From an uncultured virus (IMG/VR IMGVR_UViG_3300037963_003836) (Duplodnaviria > Heunggongvirae > Uroviricota > Caudoviricetes), in IMG/VR virus record IMGVR_UViG_3300037963_003836: 64,000 nucleotides of DNA. One strand, given 5' to 3'. Shown piece by piece: positions 30,104 to 39,910 of this stretch. The number at the start of each line of letters is the position of its first letter. The stretch's first letter is position 1. The position numbers and the translations under genes were made by a program. Under the pieces are notes generated by a model that was not told the DNA's origin, made no database searches, and worked only from the letters and a program-made list of their open reading frames with translations.

Positions 30104-32230
30104 TTAAATTTTAACTTCAAACTTTTTATTTAATGTCTTAGCTAACTGAGTCACATTGTTTACATCAATGAACTCTGAGTCCTTCCCATACATTTTCTCA
30201 AACTGAGTCTTACTGTTTCCGAAGTATCCATCAGAGATAAAGTAAGAAAGAACTGATACACCTGATTGTCTGATTTTCTTGACTTGTTCTGCTGTATGGT
30301 CTACTGCGTATTGACCACCGTAACTAATTTCTCTGTTATCAAAACCAGGCCATCCATCTGAGAAGTTGATTAGATAACTCTCTTCACCGTTCTTGGTCTT
30401 AGTTAACTCTTTTAGTATTGCTTCAAAACAAAGACCCTCGGGTGTTGTACCACTTGGTGAAATAAACTTGAATAAGTTTTGTATCTTTTGGAACTTATCT
30501 TTTCTCGAATCGTATGCAACCAACATCAAAGGTTGACATTGTCTACTTTCTCTATTGTAGTAAATACCTCTGTAAGATATAACAACATTCATATTCTCTG
30601 TCATTGATGCTGCTTTAGCGATTGCTACTGCGGCGGTCTGAGTGTTGTACCACTTGTCACCATTCATTGAAGAACTTGCGTCAATCGATATATGTAACAA
30701 CGATGGTGTCGCGGTATTGATGTTGATTTGGTCAAAGATATCAAAGTTACCGAAACCAATCTCGTGTAACATTCTACCGTTCAACTTACCACTCTTCATT
30801 CTTGGAGTCTGAAGAACTCTCTCTTCGTTTCTTGTTTTAAGTTTCTTACCTAACTGAGTACCTAACATAATACCCTTGTTAACTGCAACATTGTTTGAAT
30901 CAGTTCTCCAAGTACCTAAGTGGTCAATCAGACCCGACTCAATTAACTGTTGAGTCATGTTGTTGATAACATAAGTTTGAACACCTTGTGATTGGTTTCT
31001 CCAATAACCTTGTTCAAGACCTTTACCTGTAACCTCTGTCTTGATATCCGCTTGGTCAAGAGTATCAATCTTCTTTTTATCTGCTTTAGATATTTTCTTT
31101 TTAGAGATATCACCATTCTGAAACTTCTTTTGTTTTTCAATAGCGTTCTCTAACATCTTTTTTTGTCTGTCATTCAGTGGTTGGTGTTGACCACCTGCCC
31201 CATTCTTGTTTGATTGACCACTTGACATAGAACCCTTCTTGTCAGTAGAACCATCGTCCTTACCATCACCGTTAGAGTCGGTACCTTTACCTTGACCCTT
31301 ACCTGTCATTGGTTTACCATCACCTGTTGATTTAGATTCTGAATCACATACATCGGACTTACCATCAGTATCACCATCTTCACCACCATTACCTTTTTGT
31401 GGTTGTGGTGTTTGGTCCACATCTTCATTAACATTCTTTTGGATGACCATAAAAATCTTACCTGCTAACTCAAGAGAGTCATCTGTATTTTTTAGTCTTG
31501 AAATGTTTCTAAGGTCAAGAAGATTCCAAATCTTTTTTAACCCTTTAAGAGCGTTGAGGTCTCTGTTTTTGTTAGTGATATTAATCAATCTAAACATATA
31601 AGACTCCCACGTCTCGTCTCTGTGTTCTGAAGACTTAAGACCCTTGTCTACTACATTAGAGTGGAAATACTTTTTGTACATCGACTCGTAGTAACCTCTA
31701 TAACCAGGCGCGGATGAATAAACAAAGTTGTCAATTCTCCTATCTTCTACATAGTTAAGAAGGTCTTTTAATTTACCTTTTATTACATTACCCATTGAAG
31801 TATCATACCAATAACCTTTGAATGTTCCTGAACTGTCTTGGAACTTTTTGATGTAATCTTGCATAGACACGGGAAATACATCATGGTCCATAAGACTTTT
31901 AAGGGAATCAAAATCTGTAAGTTTAATGTGAGAACCCTCGTGTAGTGCGAGACCAACCACGGGGTCAAATTCTTTATCGTCTAATTTTGCAGAGATAACA
32001 ACCTCTCTACCATCGGTGTAAGAGTCACTACCCCTACCATCGAATGTCACAGGAATAGACTCACCTGTTACAATACTTACGAAGTTACCGATACTCCTTT
32101 TGTAGGACATCAGTTTCATTAAGTCATTTGATTTCTTTTCTACTTTTGATTGGTCATCATCCTCGTCCCAAATAGACTTGTCGAGCCAGAAGGATGAATA
32201 ATTTAGATTTGATTTATACATATTTCCCAT
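30104..32230 (-). CDS. CobT-like protein: HExxH metallopeptidase-like domain, G/D/K-rich linker, vWA domain
   Basis: LHEGSH, NYVEDRRID, MIDAS DASSSM, GTTPEG and FSDG. Confidence 0.82.
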   Translation of the reverse strand: MGNMYKSNLNYSSFWLDKSIWDEDDDQSKVEKKSNDLMKLMSYKRSIGNFVSIVTGESIPVTFDGRGSDSYTDGREVVISAKLDDKEFDPVVGLALHEGSHIKLTDFDSLKSLMDHDVFPVSMQDYIKKFQDSSGTFKGYWYDTSMGNVIKGKLKDLLNYVEDRRIDNFVYSSAPGYRGYYESMYKKYFHSNVVDKGLKSSEHRDETWESYMFRLINITNKNRDLNALKGLKKIWNLLDLRNISRLKNTDDSLELAGKIFMVIQKNVNEDVDQTPQPQKGNGGEDGDTDGKSDVCDSESKSTGDGKPMTGKGQGKGTDSNGDGKDDGSTDKKGSMSSGQSNKNGAGGQHQPLNDRQKKMLENAIEKQKKFQNGDISKKKISKADKKKIDTLDQADIKTEVTGKGLEQGYWRNQSQGVQTYVINNMTQQLIESGLIDHLGTWRTDSNNVAVNKGIMLGTQLGKKLKTRNEERVLQTPRMKSGKLNGRMLHEIGFGNFDIFDQININTATPSLLHISIDASSSMNGDKWYNTQTAAVAIAKAASMTENMNVVISYRGIYYNRESRQCQPLMLVAYDSRKDKFQKIQNLFKFISPSGTTPEGLCFEAILKELTKTKNGEESYLINFSDGWPGFDNREISYGGQYAVDHTAEQVKKIRQSGVSVLSYFISDGYFGNSKTQFEKMYGKDSEFIDVNNVTQLAKTLNKKFEVKI

Positions 32231-32465
32231 TTTTTAATCTTACGATATAAAGATAATATAATTTTTACTTATTTCCAAATTTCTAATGTTAAGAAATTGT
32301 TAAATTTTTCTTATGTTTCTCCTTTCGAGAATAAGTCTTTTTAGACTTGTGAGTTTGTTCAGTTGTCTTCTTACCAATGTGATGACTCGCTTCACCACGG
32401 GTCCAACCCCCGTTGAAGTCAAGTTCGTCTTGATATGATTCTTTTTTCTTACTCATTTTTTCTCC

Positions 32466-32560
32466 TTAGTTTCACCACCCCCCGAGGGGGGTATCGGTTA
32501 CTCCGTTTAACGTCAGGTCCATTGGATTCAATGACGAGGGACTTTAGAGTCCCCACAACT
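32466..32560 (-). ncRNA. Candidate structured RNA or leader
   Basis: Four GC-rich hairpins directly downstream of a promoter (see findings). Confidence 0.4.
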
Positions 32561-32618
32561 ACATAGTAAAGATAAGCATAAAAACGTTAATATCCAAACT
32601 TTAAATGTTAAAGTTTTG

Positions 32619-32963
32619 TTAAATTTTTGACGACATTAATGTAGATGTATGTCCTTCGGACCACCCTTTTTCTCTGTAGAAGTTAAGTGTTGTTGGTAGA
32701 CAGTACGTTATTACATCATATCCTTTAAGGTTTTCTTGACACCATTTCCATCTGGCGTCCCATAACATTCTGTAGATTCCATTACCTCTATATTCTTCTT
32801 CTACAAATGCATTAGCAAACTTTACTGTATTGTGGGATAAAAATAGTAATGAGTTCCAACCTATCGCTTTATTATCGTGTAGAGCAATCCAGCCACACTC
32901 CTCTTTTGGAGTCGGTACGGATTCGGGCAACTTGTAGGGTACGATAGTTATATTCATTCTCAT
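32619..32963 (-). CDS. GNAT acetyltransferase
   Basis: FVEEEYRGNGI and FYREKGW. Confidence 0.82.
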   Translation of the reverse strand: MRMNITIVPYKLPESVPTPKEECGWIALHDNKAIGWNSLLFLSHNTVKFANAFVEEEYRGNGIYRMLWDARWKWCQENLKGYDVITYCLPTTLNFYREKGWSEGHTSTLMSSKI

Positions 32964-32987
32964 TTCTCATAAAGAAATAAATATATA

Positions 32988-33326
32988 CTATTTTCCCATT
33001 TCCTTTCTAATCTTTGATGCTGATATGTTGTAGATATCTTTTGGTGGTTCGTGTTCGATTACTTCGTATCCAACTGTCCTACCATAATTGATTGATTCAA
33101 TGTCAGGTATCACTATAACTTTCACCCTACCTTCGTTTACTAAATCGTTTAATTCTGCTTTGATATTGTGTACAATCTTTCCACTGTACCACTCGTGGGT
33201 TTCGTCAGGGTGTTCGTCTCTAACTGCTATACAAACGTTCTTACCTTCATTTAATCTTTGGTCTATTAACCATCTATGTCCATTGTGCCATGGTTGATAT
33301 CTACCTACGAAAAGTGAGTATTTCAT
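32988..33326 (-). CDS. HIGH-family nucleotidyltransferase
   Basis: FVGRYQPWHNGH and ISASKIR. Confidence 0.8.
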   Translation of the reverse strand: MKYSLFVGRYQPWHNGHRWLIDQRLNEGKNVCIAVRDEHPDETHEWYSGKIVHNIKAELNDLVNEGRVKVIVIPDIESINYGRTVGYEVIEHEPPKDIYNISASKIRKEMGK

Positions 33327-33738
33327 TTATACAATCCTCTATTAATCTGTTGTCTGTGTTCATCCAAACATCATACTTACCAATCTCTAAGTCGTCAGTA
33401 TGATAATGTTCTCGTCCCCTGATTTCAGTTGTGTATGTATAAATCATCATAGGGTCGAGGTCGTGTATCTCGTCTCTTACATCTTGATATGGACCAACAA
33501 CTGATACAATAACTGTGAATCCTTTGTGATGTAAGAAACGAATAAGGTCGTTAACCTTTCTTAAGTTGTTACGTCTACCTTGTTCAGAATAATCTTTGTT
33601 CTGAAATATTTCTCTCATTTCATCACCATCTATTCTGATTGTTTTTTGGTGTGAGTGATGGAAGTTTAGACGTTCTTCTAATGCGTTACCGAGTGTTGTC
33701 TTACCTGCGCCAGGTTGTCCGTAAAACCAATAAATCAT
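33301..33738 (-). CDS. cysC: Adenylyl-sulfate kinase-like P-loop kinase
   Basis: GQPGAGKTT, IDGDEMR, DYSEQGR..N and VIVSVVGPY..R; shorter than canonical CysC. Confidence 0.7.
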   Translation of the reverse strand: MIYWFYGQPGAGKTTLGNALEERLNFHHSHQKTIRIDGDEMREIFQNKDYSEQGRRNNLRKVNDLIRFLHHKGFTVIVSVVGPYQDVRDEIHDLDPMMIYTYTTEIRGREHYHTDDLEIGKYDVWMNTDNRLIEDCINEILTFRR

Positions 33739-34133
33739 TTTTCTTCTTTCTCAAATTTATCCTTGATTCTTTGATGGATTGGAATAGGGTCACCACCTTC
33801 ATCAATCCTAACAAATTTTATTGACGTGGATAATATTAATTTTTGATTACCGTCATACACATTATGTGCTCTTGCTTCAAGATATGCAGTTATAGATGTT
33901 TTACCAACTTCTTTTATCTTTCCATATATCTTTAGTAACTGTCCTTCTTTAGCAGGTTTCTTAAATATACATTTATCAATCATAACAGTTACGAGTCTCG
34001 GACTATCCACATACTCAGTAGTAAACGCCGCTCCTGCAGCATCAATCCATGCTAAAAGTTTACCACCAAACAAATTGTTGTGTAGTCCTAAATCTGATTT
34101 CTTAATTGGGTGTGTTGTTATTAGTTTCATCAT
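33735..34133 (-). CDS. Acyl-CoA thioesterase (hotdog fold)
   Basis: DL..HNNLFGGKLLAWID.A and VGKTSI. Confidence 0.88.
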   Translation of the reverse strand: MMKLITTHPIKKSDLGLHNNLFGGKLLAWIDAAGAAFTTEYVDSPRLVTVMIDKCIFKKPAKEGQLLKIYGKIKEVGKTSITAYLEARAHNVYDGNQKLILSTSIKFVRIDEGGDPIPIHQRIKDKFEKEEK

Positions 34134-34403
34134 TAAAAAGGTAGTTCATTTAGCCACTCTGCTATATCTTGTTTTACTTTATTATCTTTTTGGGAGTTCC
34201 ATGCTCTGTCCCATTGTTCTCTTAAATACTTACGATGATGGGGTTCTAAGTTCATACCTTTGTCAGTGTATGCTATTATACCCTGTAACACTGCCCACAC
34301 ATCCCCTCTTTGTCTCTGTGTCATTGTCTTAGAGTTCTCAATGAGACTCCACAATATAAGGATTTTTTCAGAATCCCTTTTTATATTCCATGGTGAATAT
34401 GGT

Positions 34404-35030
34404 TCATCCCACATCTTGTAAAAATTGTTCTATAGTAATTAAACCTAAATCTTCTTCTCTGTTTGCGTCCATGATATTAAACTCATAAAACTCATTATGA
34501 TTCCACACAAGTTTAGTATCAAAGAGGTCGTTACGTTTTACAACACCGATACCCCAATCGGTATCAACAACACAAACGTGTAAGTCTTTTCTTGTTGTTC
34601 TTAGATTGTATATCGCCTTCCATACAGTTCCATTCCACGGTTCATACCCGTATTCAGTTCTGTAGTTTTCTCTTGCCATATGTGAGGTTGGTGGATTACA
34701 ATCGTGTAATAAAATATATCCGTTTGGACTTAAAACTCTTAAAGAATTTTCTATATCCTTTTTAACTTGATATGATTTATGTAGACCATCGATAAAGATT
34801 ACATCATACTTTCTATTAGGGTCATGTTCACTTAAATACTCAAAGAACGTATCGGACTCCATTTGGTATGTAACAGGGTTTTCTTCAAACTCATAGCCAG
34901 GGTCGACACCATGTTTGAGTTCACAATTAACTTTATCAAAACAATCTACAGGATTACATACACCAATCTCAAGGTACTTTGTAAACCCATTTACTTCTAT
35001 TACTTTGTTTATTATATCGTATCTTAACAT
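34404..35030 (-). CDS. Class I SAM-dependent methyltransferase (Methyltransf_24-like)
   Basis: YLEIGV, DVIFIDGLH and GYILLHD. Confidence 0.82.
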   Translation of the reverse strand: MLRYDIINKVIEVNGFTKYLEIGVCNPVDCFDKVNCELKHGVDPGYEFEENPVTYQMESDTFFEYLSEHDPNRKYDVIFIDGLHKSYQVKKDIENSLRVLSPNGYILLHDCNPPTSHMARENYRTEYGYEPWNGTVWKAIYNLRTTRKDLHVCVVDTDWGIGVVKRNDLFDTKLVWNHNEFYEFNIMDANREEDLGLITIEQFLQDVG

Positions 35031-35042
35031 AACATTTATTTG

Positions 35043-35114
35043 TACTCGGTAGGGGAATCGAACCCCTATTGCCAGGATGAAAACCTGAAGTCCTAACCGT
35101 TAGACGAACCGAGC
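35043..35114 (-). tRNA. tRNA-Glu(TTC), CCA not encoded
   Basis: Cloverleaf GCTCGGT..ACCGAGT, anticodon arm CAGG-TT TTC AT-CCTG, GGTTCGATTCC T-arm. Confidence 0.93.
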
Positions 35115-35115
35115 A

Positions 35116-35319
35116 TTATTTAAACTTAGCTATCTTACTGTATTTCTTTTTCACGTCCTCTATGTTTTGTAACGCCTGATTATACTCTTTCTGTATACTT
35201 TTATCTACATTGAAGTTCATTACAGTTTGACAATGTGGACAAACCGATACAGGATTCTTTAGAATAAATTCTAAAGTTAAATCTAACGGTGTAGTACAAC
35301 TCGGACATGGTAAAGGCAT
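35116..35319 (-). CDS. Small zinc-ribbon protein
   Basis: CPSC...CPHC. Confidence 0.7.
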   Translation of the reverse strand: MPLPCPSCTTPLDLTLEFILKNPVSVCPHCQTVMNFNVDKSIQKEYNQALQNIEDVKKKYSKIAKFK

Positions 35320-35320
35320 A

Positions 35321-35602
35321 CTACTTATCTTTGAACCAATAATTAATTACTTGGTTGAAGTTTCCGATTAATGCACCTAACAACAATAATAGAAGTTCTT
35401 TCCATTCTGCGTTAAGACCTTTGTCAAAGTGCATTGATAAGAATATCCAAACCAATGTAAAAGCAAAACATGAGATTACAAACATACTAATTCGTAATCT
35501 TTGTTTACCGTTACTACTTACCTTTGTGTTAGTAGTATCTTGCTCTTTTTCCATAGGTTTCCCTTTCTTACTATTTGGTAATTCTAACTCAGGAATCGCC
35601 AT
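35321..35602 (-). CDS. Small two-TM membrane protein
   Basis: Two hydrophobic helices; ends LLLLGALIGNF..VINYWF (holin-like). Confidence 0.6.
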   Translation of the reverse strand: MAIPELELPNSKKGKPMEKEQDTTNTKVSSNGKQRLRISMFVISCFAFTLVWIFLSMHFDKGLNAEWKELLLLLLGALIGNFNQVINYWFKDK

Positions 35603-36098
35603 TCTCTATAACTTTATGAGTCGGGTCATCCATTTTCGCTATTAACATATCTACTAATCGAGAAACCGCCTCGGGTTTATTATCTTTCTTAAAATGTATA
35701 CTGATTTTAGCAACACCTTCCTTGTCAGGACTGTTACCATCAACTGAGATATTACTAATCTGATGTTTGTACTTGTCATTACCTTTTTGTTTTTGTCTTT
35801 GAAAGATAGGTAATAAATTCTTTTTGAGTGCTGATGGTTTAGTTGTATTTCCTGGCAATAGTCTTGCTTGGAACTCAATATCCAACTTATCTAACCCAAC
35901 AGATGAATGGTCCGCAAGAATGTAGAGTGGTATCTCTATATCCCTGTCACCGATTCTAAACTTTTGAGTGATTGGTGTACCATCTTTATCAAAATACTTT
36001 GAGATGGTATTGATGTGTTGTCTTTCTTGTATAGAAAGAACTACTTGTGAGGCCTCTTGTAGACCACCAAGTAGTTCTTCTAAATTAACCTTAGCCAT
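35589..36098 (-). CDS. DUF2589-like protein (copy 2)
   Basis: LEELLGGLQEA...IEIPLYILA..S..LDKL.IEF...PEAVSRL pattern. Confidence 0.6.
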   Translation of the reverse strand: MAKVNLEELLGGLQEASQVVLSIQERQHINTISKYFDKDGTPITQKFRIGDRDIEIPLYILADHSSVGLDKLDIEFQARLLPGNTTKPSALKKNLLPIFQRQKQKGNDKYKHQISNISVDGNSPDKEGVAKISIHFKKDNKPEAVSRLVDMLIAKMDDPTHKVIENGDS

Positions 36099-36173
36099 GC
36101 TTTAACTATAACTTATTTTTTTACTTCTTACTAATATACAAAAAATATTTCAATTTTCCAAATTAGTTATGGA

Positions 36174-36803
36174 CTATCCTGCTGAACCTGTTGATGGTGT
36201 CGCTACTCCTGTTGTTGGGTCTTCCATACCTACTACAGTTGGTTCCATCATCATGTGTAACATATCGTTTAGTTTACCCATACCTTCAGTTTGTGGTAGT
36301 TGTTCTGCGTGTACTTTAACATTGTACTTAGCTGAGTTGTCAGTTTTTCTTGTATTCTCTTTATGAGTTGCTACTTTACCTGTCATAGAGGCTTTAAACT
36401 TAACTCCCCAAAATCCACCTGAAGCCTGAACTGATGTTTCGAATGATGAATCACTTGTATTCTTAGACAAGGTTGATTCATGAACTTCCATAGTAAAATC
36501 AACATCTGCAGATGTAACTGCTAATGTTGGTAGTGGTACTAACGGTAACATAGGAATCATAGATTGAATTTGTTGTAACTTTAATTCACCTGTTTCCGAG
36601 TCCTTTATATACCTGTTTAGTTCAACATCGATTTTTCTTGATTTACGATGGGTACTACTTCCTGAAGGTGGCTCAAATGCAACCTCAGAGATGTACTTCC
36701 AAGTAATATCATTTAGTTGCGCCTGACCTTTTGCCACACCTGTTAGTGGACCAACGATTAGTTCTTCGATTGGTAGTCCTTTAAATTGATTTGCGATTGA
36801 CAT
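36174..36803 (-). CDS. DUF2589-like protein (copy 1)
   Basis: FKGLPIEELIVGPL..AKGQAQL, PMLPLVPLPTL..ADVDFTMEV and RKTDNSAKYNV.V.A.Q....EGM. Confidence 0.75.
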   Translation of the reverse strand: MSIANQFKGLPIEELIVGPLTGVAKGQAQLNDITWKYISEVAFEPPSGSSTHRKSRKIDVELNRYIKDSETGELKLQQIQSMIPMLPLVPLPTLAVTSADVDFTMEVHESTLSKNTSDSSFETSVQASGGFWGVKFKASMTGKVATHKENTRKTDNSAKYNVKVHAEQLPQTEGMGKLNDMLHMMMEPTVVGMEDPTTGVATPSTGSAG

Positions 36804-36881
36804 AATACTTTCTCCTTTTAAAACGTTTTTATATAGACACTTATATCAATAATAAGTATGTACAAAAACAAACAAACATAG

Positions 36882-36955
36882 TGGAGATAGTGAGACTCGA
36901 ACTCACGACCCCTACGGTGCAAGCGTAGTGCTCTAGCCATCTGAGCTATATCCCC
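36882..36955 (-). tRNA. tRNA-Ala(TGC), CCA not encoded
   Basis: GGGGATATAGCTCAG.., anticodon arm CTACG-CT TGC AC-CGTAG, G3:U70 pair. Confidence 0.94.
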
Positions 36956-36962
36956 TACGAAT

Positions 36963-37232
36963 TTATCCTTTTAAGATTTCTTTTTCGTCTGATTCAGATA
37001 CAGGGATATCGTGACCGTATTCTTTTCCAAAGTACTCAGAAAGTGTTTCTAACTTTCCTGTTGCACTTTCAAGTTGTCCGATAAGTTTGTCGATTTCTTC
37101 TGTGTGTTGTGGGTGTTCCCCAATAGCTACAGGATTCTCAAAGTAGACTGATAGTCTTGCTTTTGCGTCCATGATATCTGCTGTATACTTTGCCTCTACG
37201 GCTTGGTATAATCTTCTTGAAACTTTACTCAT
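36963..37232 (-). CDS. Small hypothetical phage protein
   Basis: NPVAIGEHP motif; ORF track. Confidence 0.6.
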   Translation of the reverse strand: MSKVSRRLYQAVEAKYTADIMDAKARLSVYFENPVAIGEHPQHTEEIDKLIGQLESATGKLETLSEYFGKEYGHDIPVSESDEKEILKG

Positions 37233-37291
37233 AACAATTGTTTTTATTTAGTTAACTATTATATAAATATTAAAATATATTTAATAAATTG

Positions 37292-37365
37292 TGAACCCGA
37301 CAGGATTCGAACCTGTGACCGTCTGCTTAGAAGGCAGATGCTCTATCCAACTGAGCTACGGGTCC
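37292..37365 (-). tRNA. tRNA-Arg(TCT), CCA not encoded
   Basis: GGACCCGTAGCTCAGTTGGATAGAGC, anticodon arm TCTGC-CT TCT AA-GCAGA. Confidence 0.95.
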
Positions 37366-37370
37366 ATTCC

Positions 37371-38846
37371 TTAGAAATCTATTCCCTCGATTGGGGATGT
37401 CTGTGAATTGTTTGCCGCTTCATACCTGTCTTGGATAACAGGGTTTGATTTAAGAGCTAAGACATTCATGTTTTGAATAAACATTTTCCTAATGTCTTCT
37501 CTTGGATGAGTTGTGTATGTGGCAGGTAAGAACTCATCTGATACTATTATATTTTGTTTTAGTGTTGGTACATTTGTTTCTACTAATTTCTTTGCTCCTT
37601 CATAGTTTAAAACATAACAATGGGTTTGATATGAATAACTTGGTTTGACCCAATTCTCTAATCCTACATTAGTATCCTTTCCTTCAATCAAAAGTCTTGA
37701 TAGGAATACTAAATCCCAATCGTAATCTTTTAATTCATCAAAGGTATTCCAATGAAACCTTTGTGTTGGATTAAAATCATCTTCTAATATTAATACGTTA
37801 TTATATTCTCTTTCAACTACGTCTTCCCATATTCTAATATGAGAATGTACACCACCTGCTTCACCAACAGTTACAGGTCTTGTCCACCAATTGTTACCAC
37901 TTTCTATCTTCCAATCATCATAGAACTTGATACCCATTTGTTCTCTCTTTTCAATCGTATCAAACTCTTCCTTACCATTTGTCCCTCTCCATATTCTTAT
38001 TGGAACATCATTTGGTAAACCTAATTCTTTTACTCTGTTGATTAATCTTTCTACGTTCTCGTTACTTGTATCTAATGTAATGACATAAACCATATCAAAT
38101 TTAATACTTCGTTCTAATCGTGTTATATCCTCAGTTAGTGAGGTACCATATTCATTACCCGATTCGATATCAACGGATGTTTGGTTTATCCAATTGTCTT
38201 CATTGGTTGGTGGAGCAATAAACTTTAGTGTTGGTTTGATAAACTCCCTGATATCTTTTCGTGGATGTAGATTTATTGTTGATATCAAAAACTCATCGAG
38301 TGGCATTAGATTGTTTATGAAATCATAATCATACAATAGTTTTCTTAATCCTTCTCTTGTTAGTATGTATGCGTGAGCGTTGTAACTGTATTGTGGATGT
38401 ACCCAATTGTCGTTATAGTTTTGTTCAGGTCCATCATATAACCATTCGTGATTTGGTACTCGTCTTCTACCTAAATATAAACCATCAATATCGTTGGGAA
38501 TCATACCGAGGTCGAATAGTGACTTGACACCTTTGAAGTCTTCTTCTAAGAACATACATACTTCATGTCCCTCTTCATACGCCTGTTTCCACATATTGTA
38601 GTGACCTAATGCACATCCAACTTCACCATCTAACATTGGACGTTCCCACCACTCGTTCCATGGATTCATTTCAGTTAATGTCCATGGGTACTCGGAGTAT
38701 TCCATATCGGTTTCTCTACCAATGATACCATCGACAACTTCATAGGGTACCTCGTAAGATAGGTCTAATTCGTCTAATCGATTTCCAATATCATTGTAGT
38801 TTCCTTTTACGGATAGTACAAATATTTTGTTTATCTTTTTAGTCAC
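37371..38846 (-). CDS. Tandem GT25 glycosyltransferase (two domains)
   Basis: GEVGCALGH..W..FLEEDF..SYNAHAY..DEFL repeated as GEAGGVHSH..W..LILEDDF..SYQTHCY..DEFL. Confidence 0.8.
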   Translation of the reverse strand: MTKKINKIFVLSVKGNYNDIGNRLDELDLSYEVPYEVVDGIIGRETDMEYSEYPWTLTEMNPWNEWWERPMLDGEVGCALGHYNMWKQAYEEGHEVCMFLEEDFKGVKSLFDLGMIPNDIDGLYLGRRRVPNHEWLYDGPEQNYNDNWVHPQYSYNAHAYILTREGLRKLLYDYDFINNLMPLDEFLISTINLHPRKDIREFIKPTLKFIAPPTNEDNWINQTSVDIESGNEYGTSLTEDITRLERSIKFDMVYVITLDTSNENVERLINRVKELGLPNDVPIRIWRGTNGKEEFDTIEKREQMGIKFYDDWKIESGNNWWTRPVTVGEAGGVHSHIRIWEDVVEREYNNVLILEDDFNPTQRFHWNTFDELKDYDWDLVFLSRLLIEGKDTNVGLENWVKPSYSYQTHCYVLNYEGAKKLVETNVPTLKQNIIVSDEFLPATYTTHPREDIRKMFIQNMNVLALKSNPVIQDRYEAANNSQTSPIEGIDF

Positions 38847-39005
38847 TACTTGATATATCAGATAGTCGTTGTTGAATCTTTTGAATCCAAAGTTTGTTCT
38901 CTTGAGTATTCTCTCCGTGAACTTTTAAATCTACTAACTCATTAACTAAGTCTTCGTATGATTTACCTTCAATCCATTCTTCAATGTGTTTTGTTAATCT
39001 ATTCA

Positions 39006-39910
39006 TTAATTCTTTTTCTTTAATTGGGTTATCATCTCAGTGACAAATTCACCCGCGTATACTTTACTACCAATGTTCCAAGTAGTATTAAAGTTCGTGG
39101 TGAAATCACTATCACCCTTCTTCCAATCGTACACGGTGAATATCTCACCATCGTTTCTTTCGAACACCCATTCTTTATTAATCTTCCCATCACCATTAGT
39201 TTCGGGAAATGTTGGGTCACCAAACGCTTGAACTAATTGTTTGTAAGACCATCCATTTAATCTATCCTTCAGGGACGTTCCACCTATCTTTTCGAGGGCG
39301 CGTTTCTTATTCAGTTTTTTATATTTCATATGTGTAATTTAAAAAAATTTCGTGTGTGTTTAGAAACTTGCGTTTCTTACTGCTTATTTGCTTACTGCTT
39401 ATCATTGGTTATTCTTCCACCATGTCTTGAAAAACTCGGACCAAAATATCCAACCCGTTACGGGCCAGAGAATCAATCCCCAAACAACTTGTTCGGTTGT
39501 GGGGTGAAACCTTTCCGTCAACCCACCCTTCCTATCTACATAGTCAAGTATTAACATAATGATTAGATTGTTTACACAACCTAACATAATGTATAATGAT
39601 ATATATTGAAATACTGTCATAGTTTGTTCTTATACTCTGAGTGTGTCATGAACTCTATTCTTTCTCTGTCCCACATATCGGGTGGACAATCCTGAGAGTT
39701 AACGAACCACTCTTTAATTATTTCACTTAATTCTTTTTCTTCTAACCTATGGAACTTAGTCTCATTACTGTATACCTTAGGATAGTCTAAGTAGTATGAC
39801 CGTAGATTATCGTCTGATACTTTGAAGGGTCGTTCTTCTACTTGTTCCCCCCTGATGAATTGGATGACTCCGTAGAAATAATTCATGTCCGCAAAATTTG
39901 TGTCTTTCAT
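39006..39910 (-). other. Three small hypothetical ORFs (one membrane)
   Basis: ORF track 39006-39329, 39402-39620 and 39617-39910. Confidence 0.55.

Noticed and set aside
32466..32530. Hammerhead ribozyme (CTGA...GAAAC on the minus strand)
   Set aside because: The core reads CUGACGU rather than CUGANGA, and the flanking stems do not fit the hammerhead topology.
35043..37365. tRNAs as prophage attachment sites
   Set aside because: No integrase or duplicated tRNA 3' end was seen, and both flanks are phage-like. The anticodons match frequently used codons (GAA, GCA, AGA).
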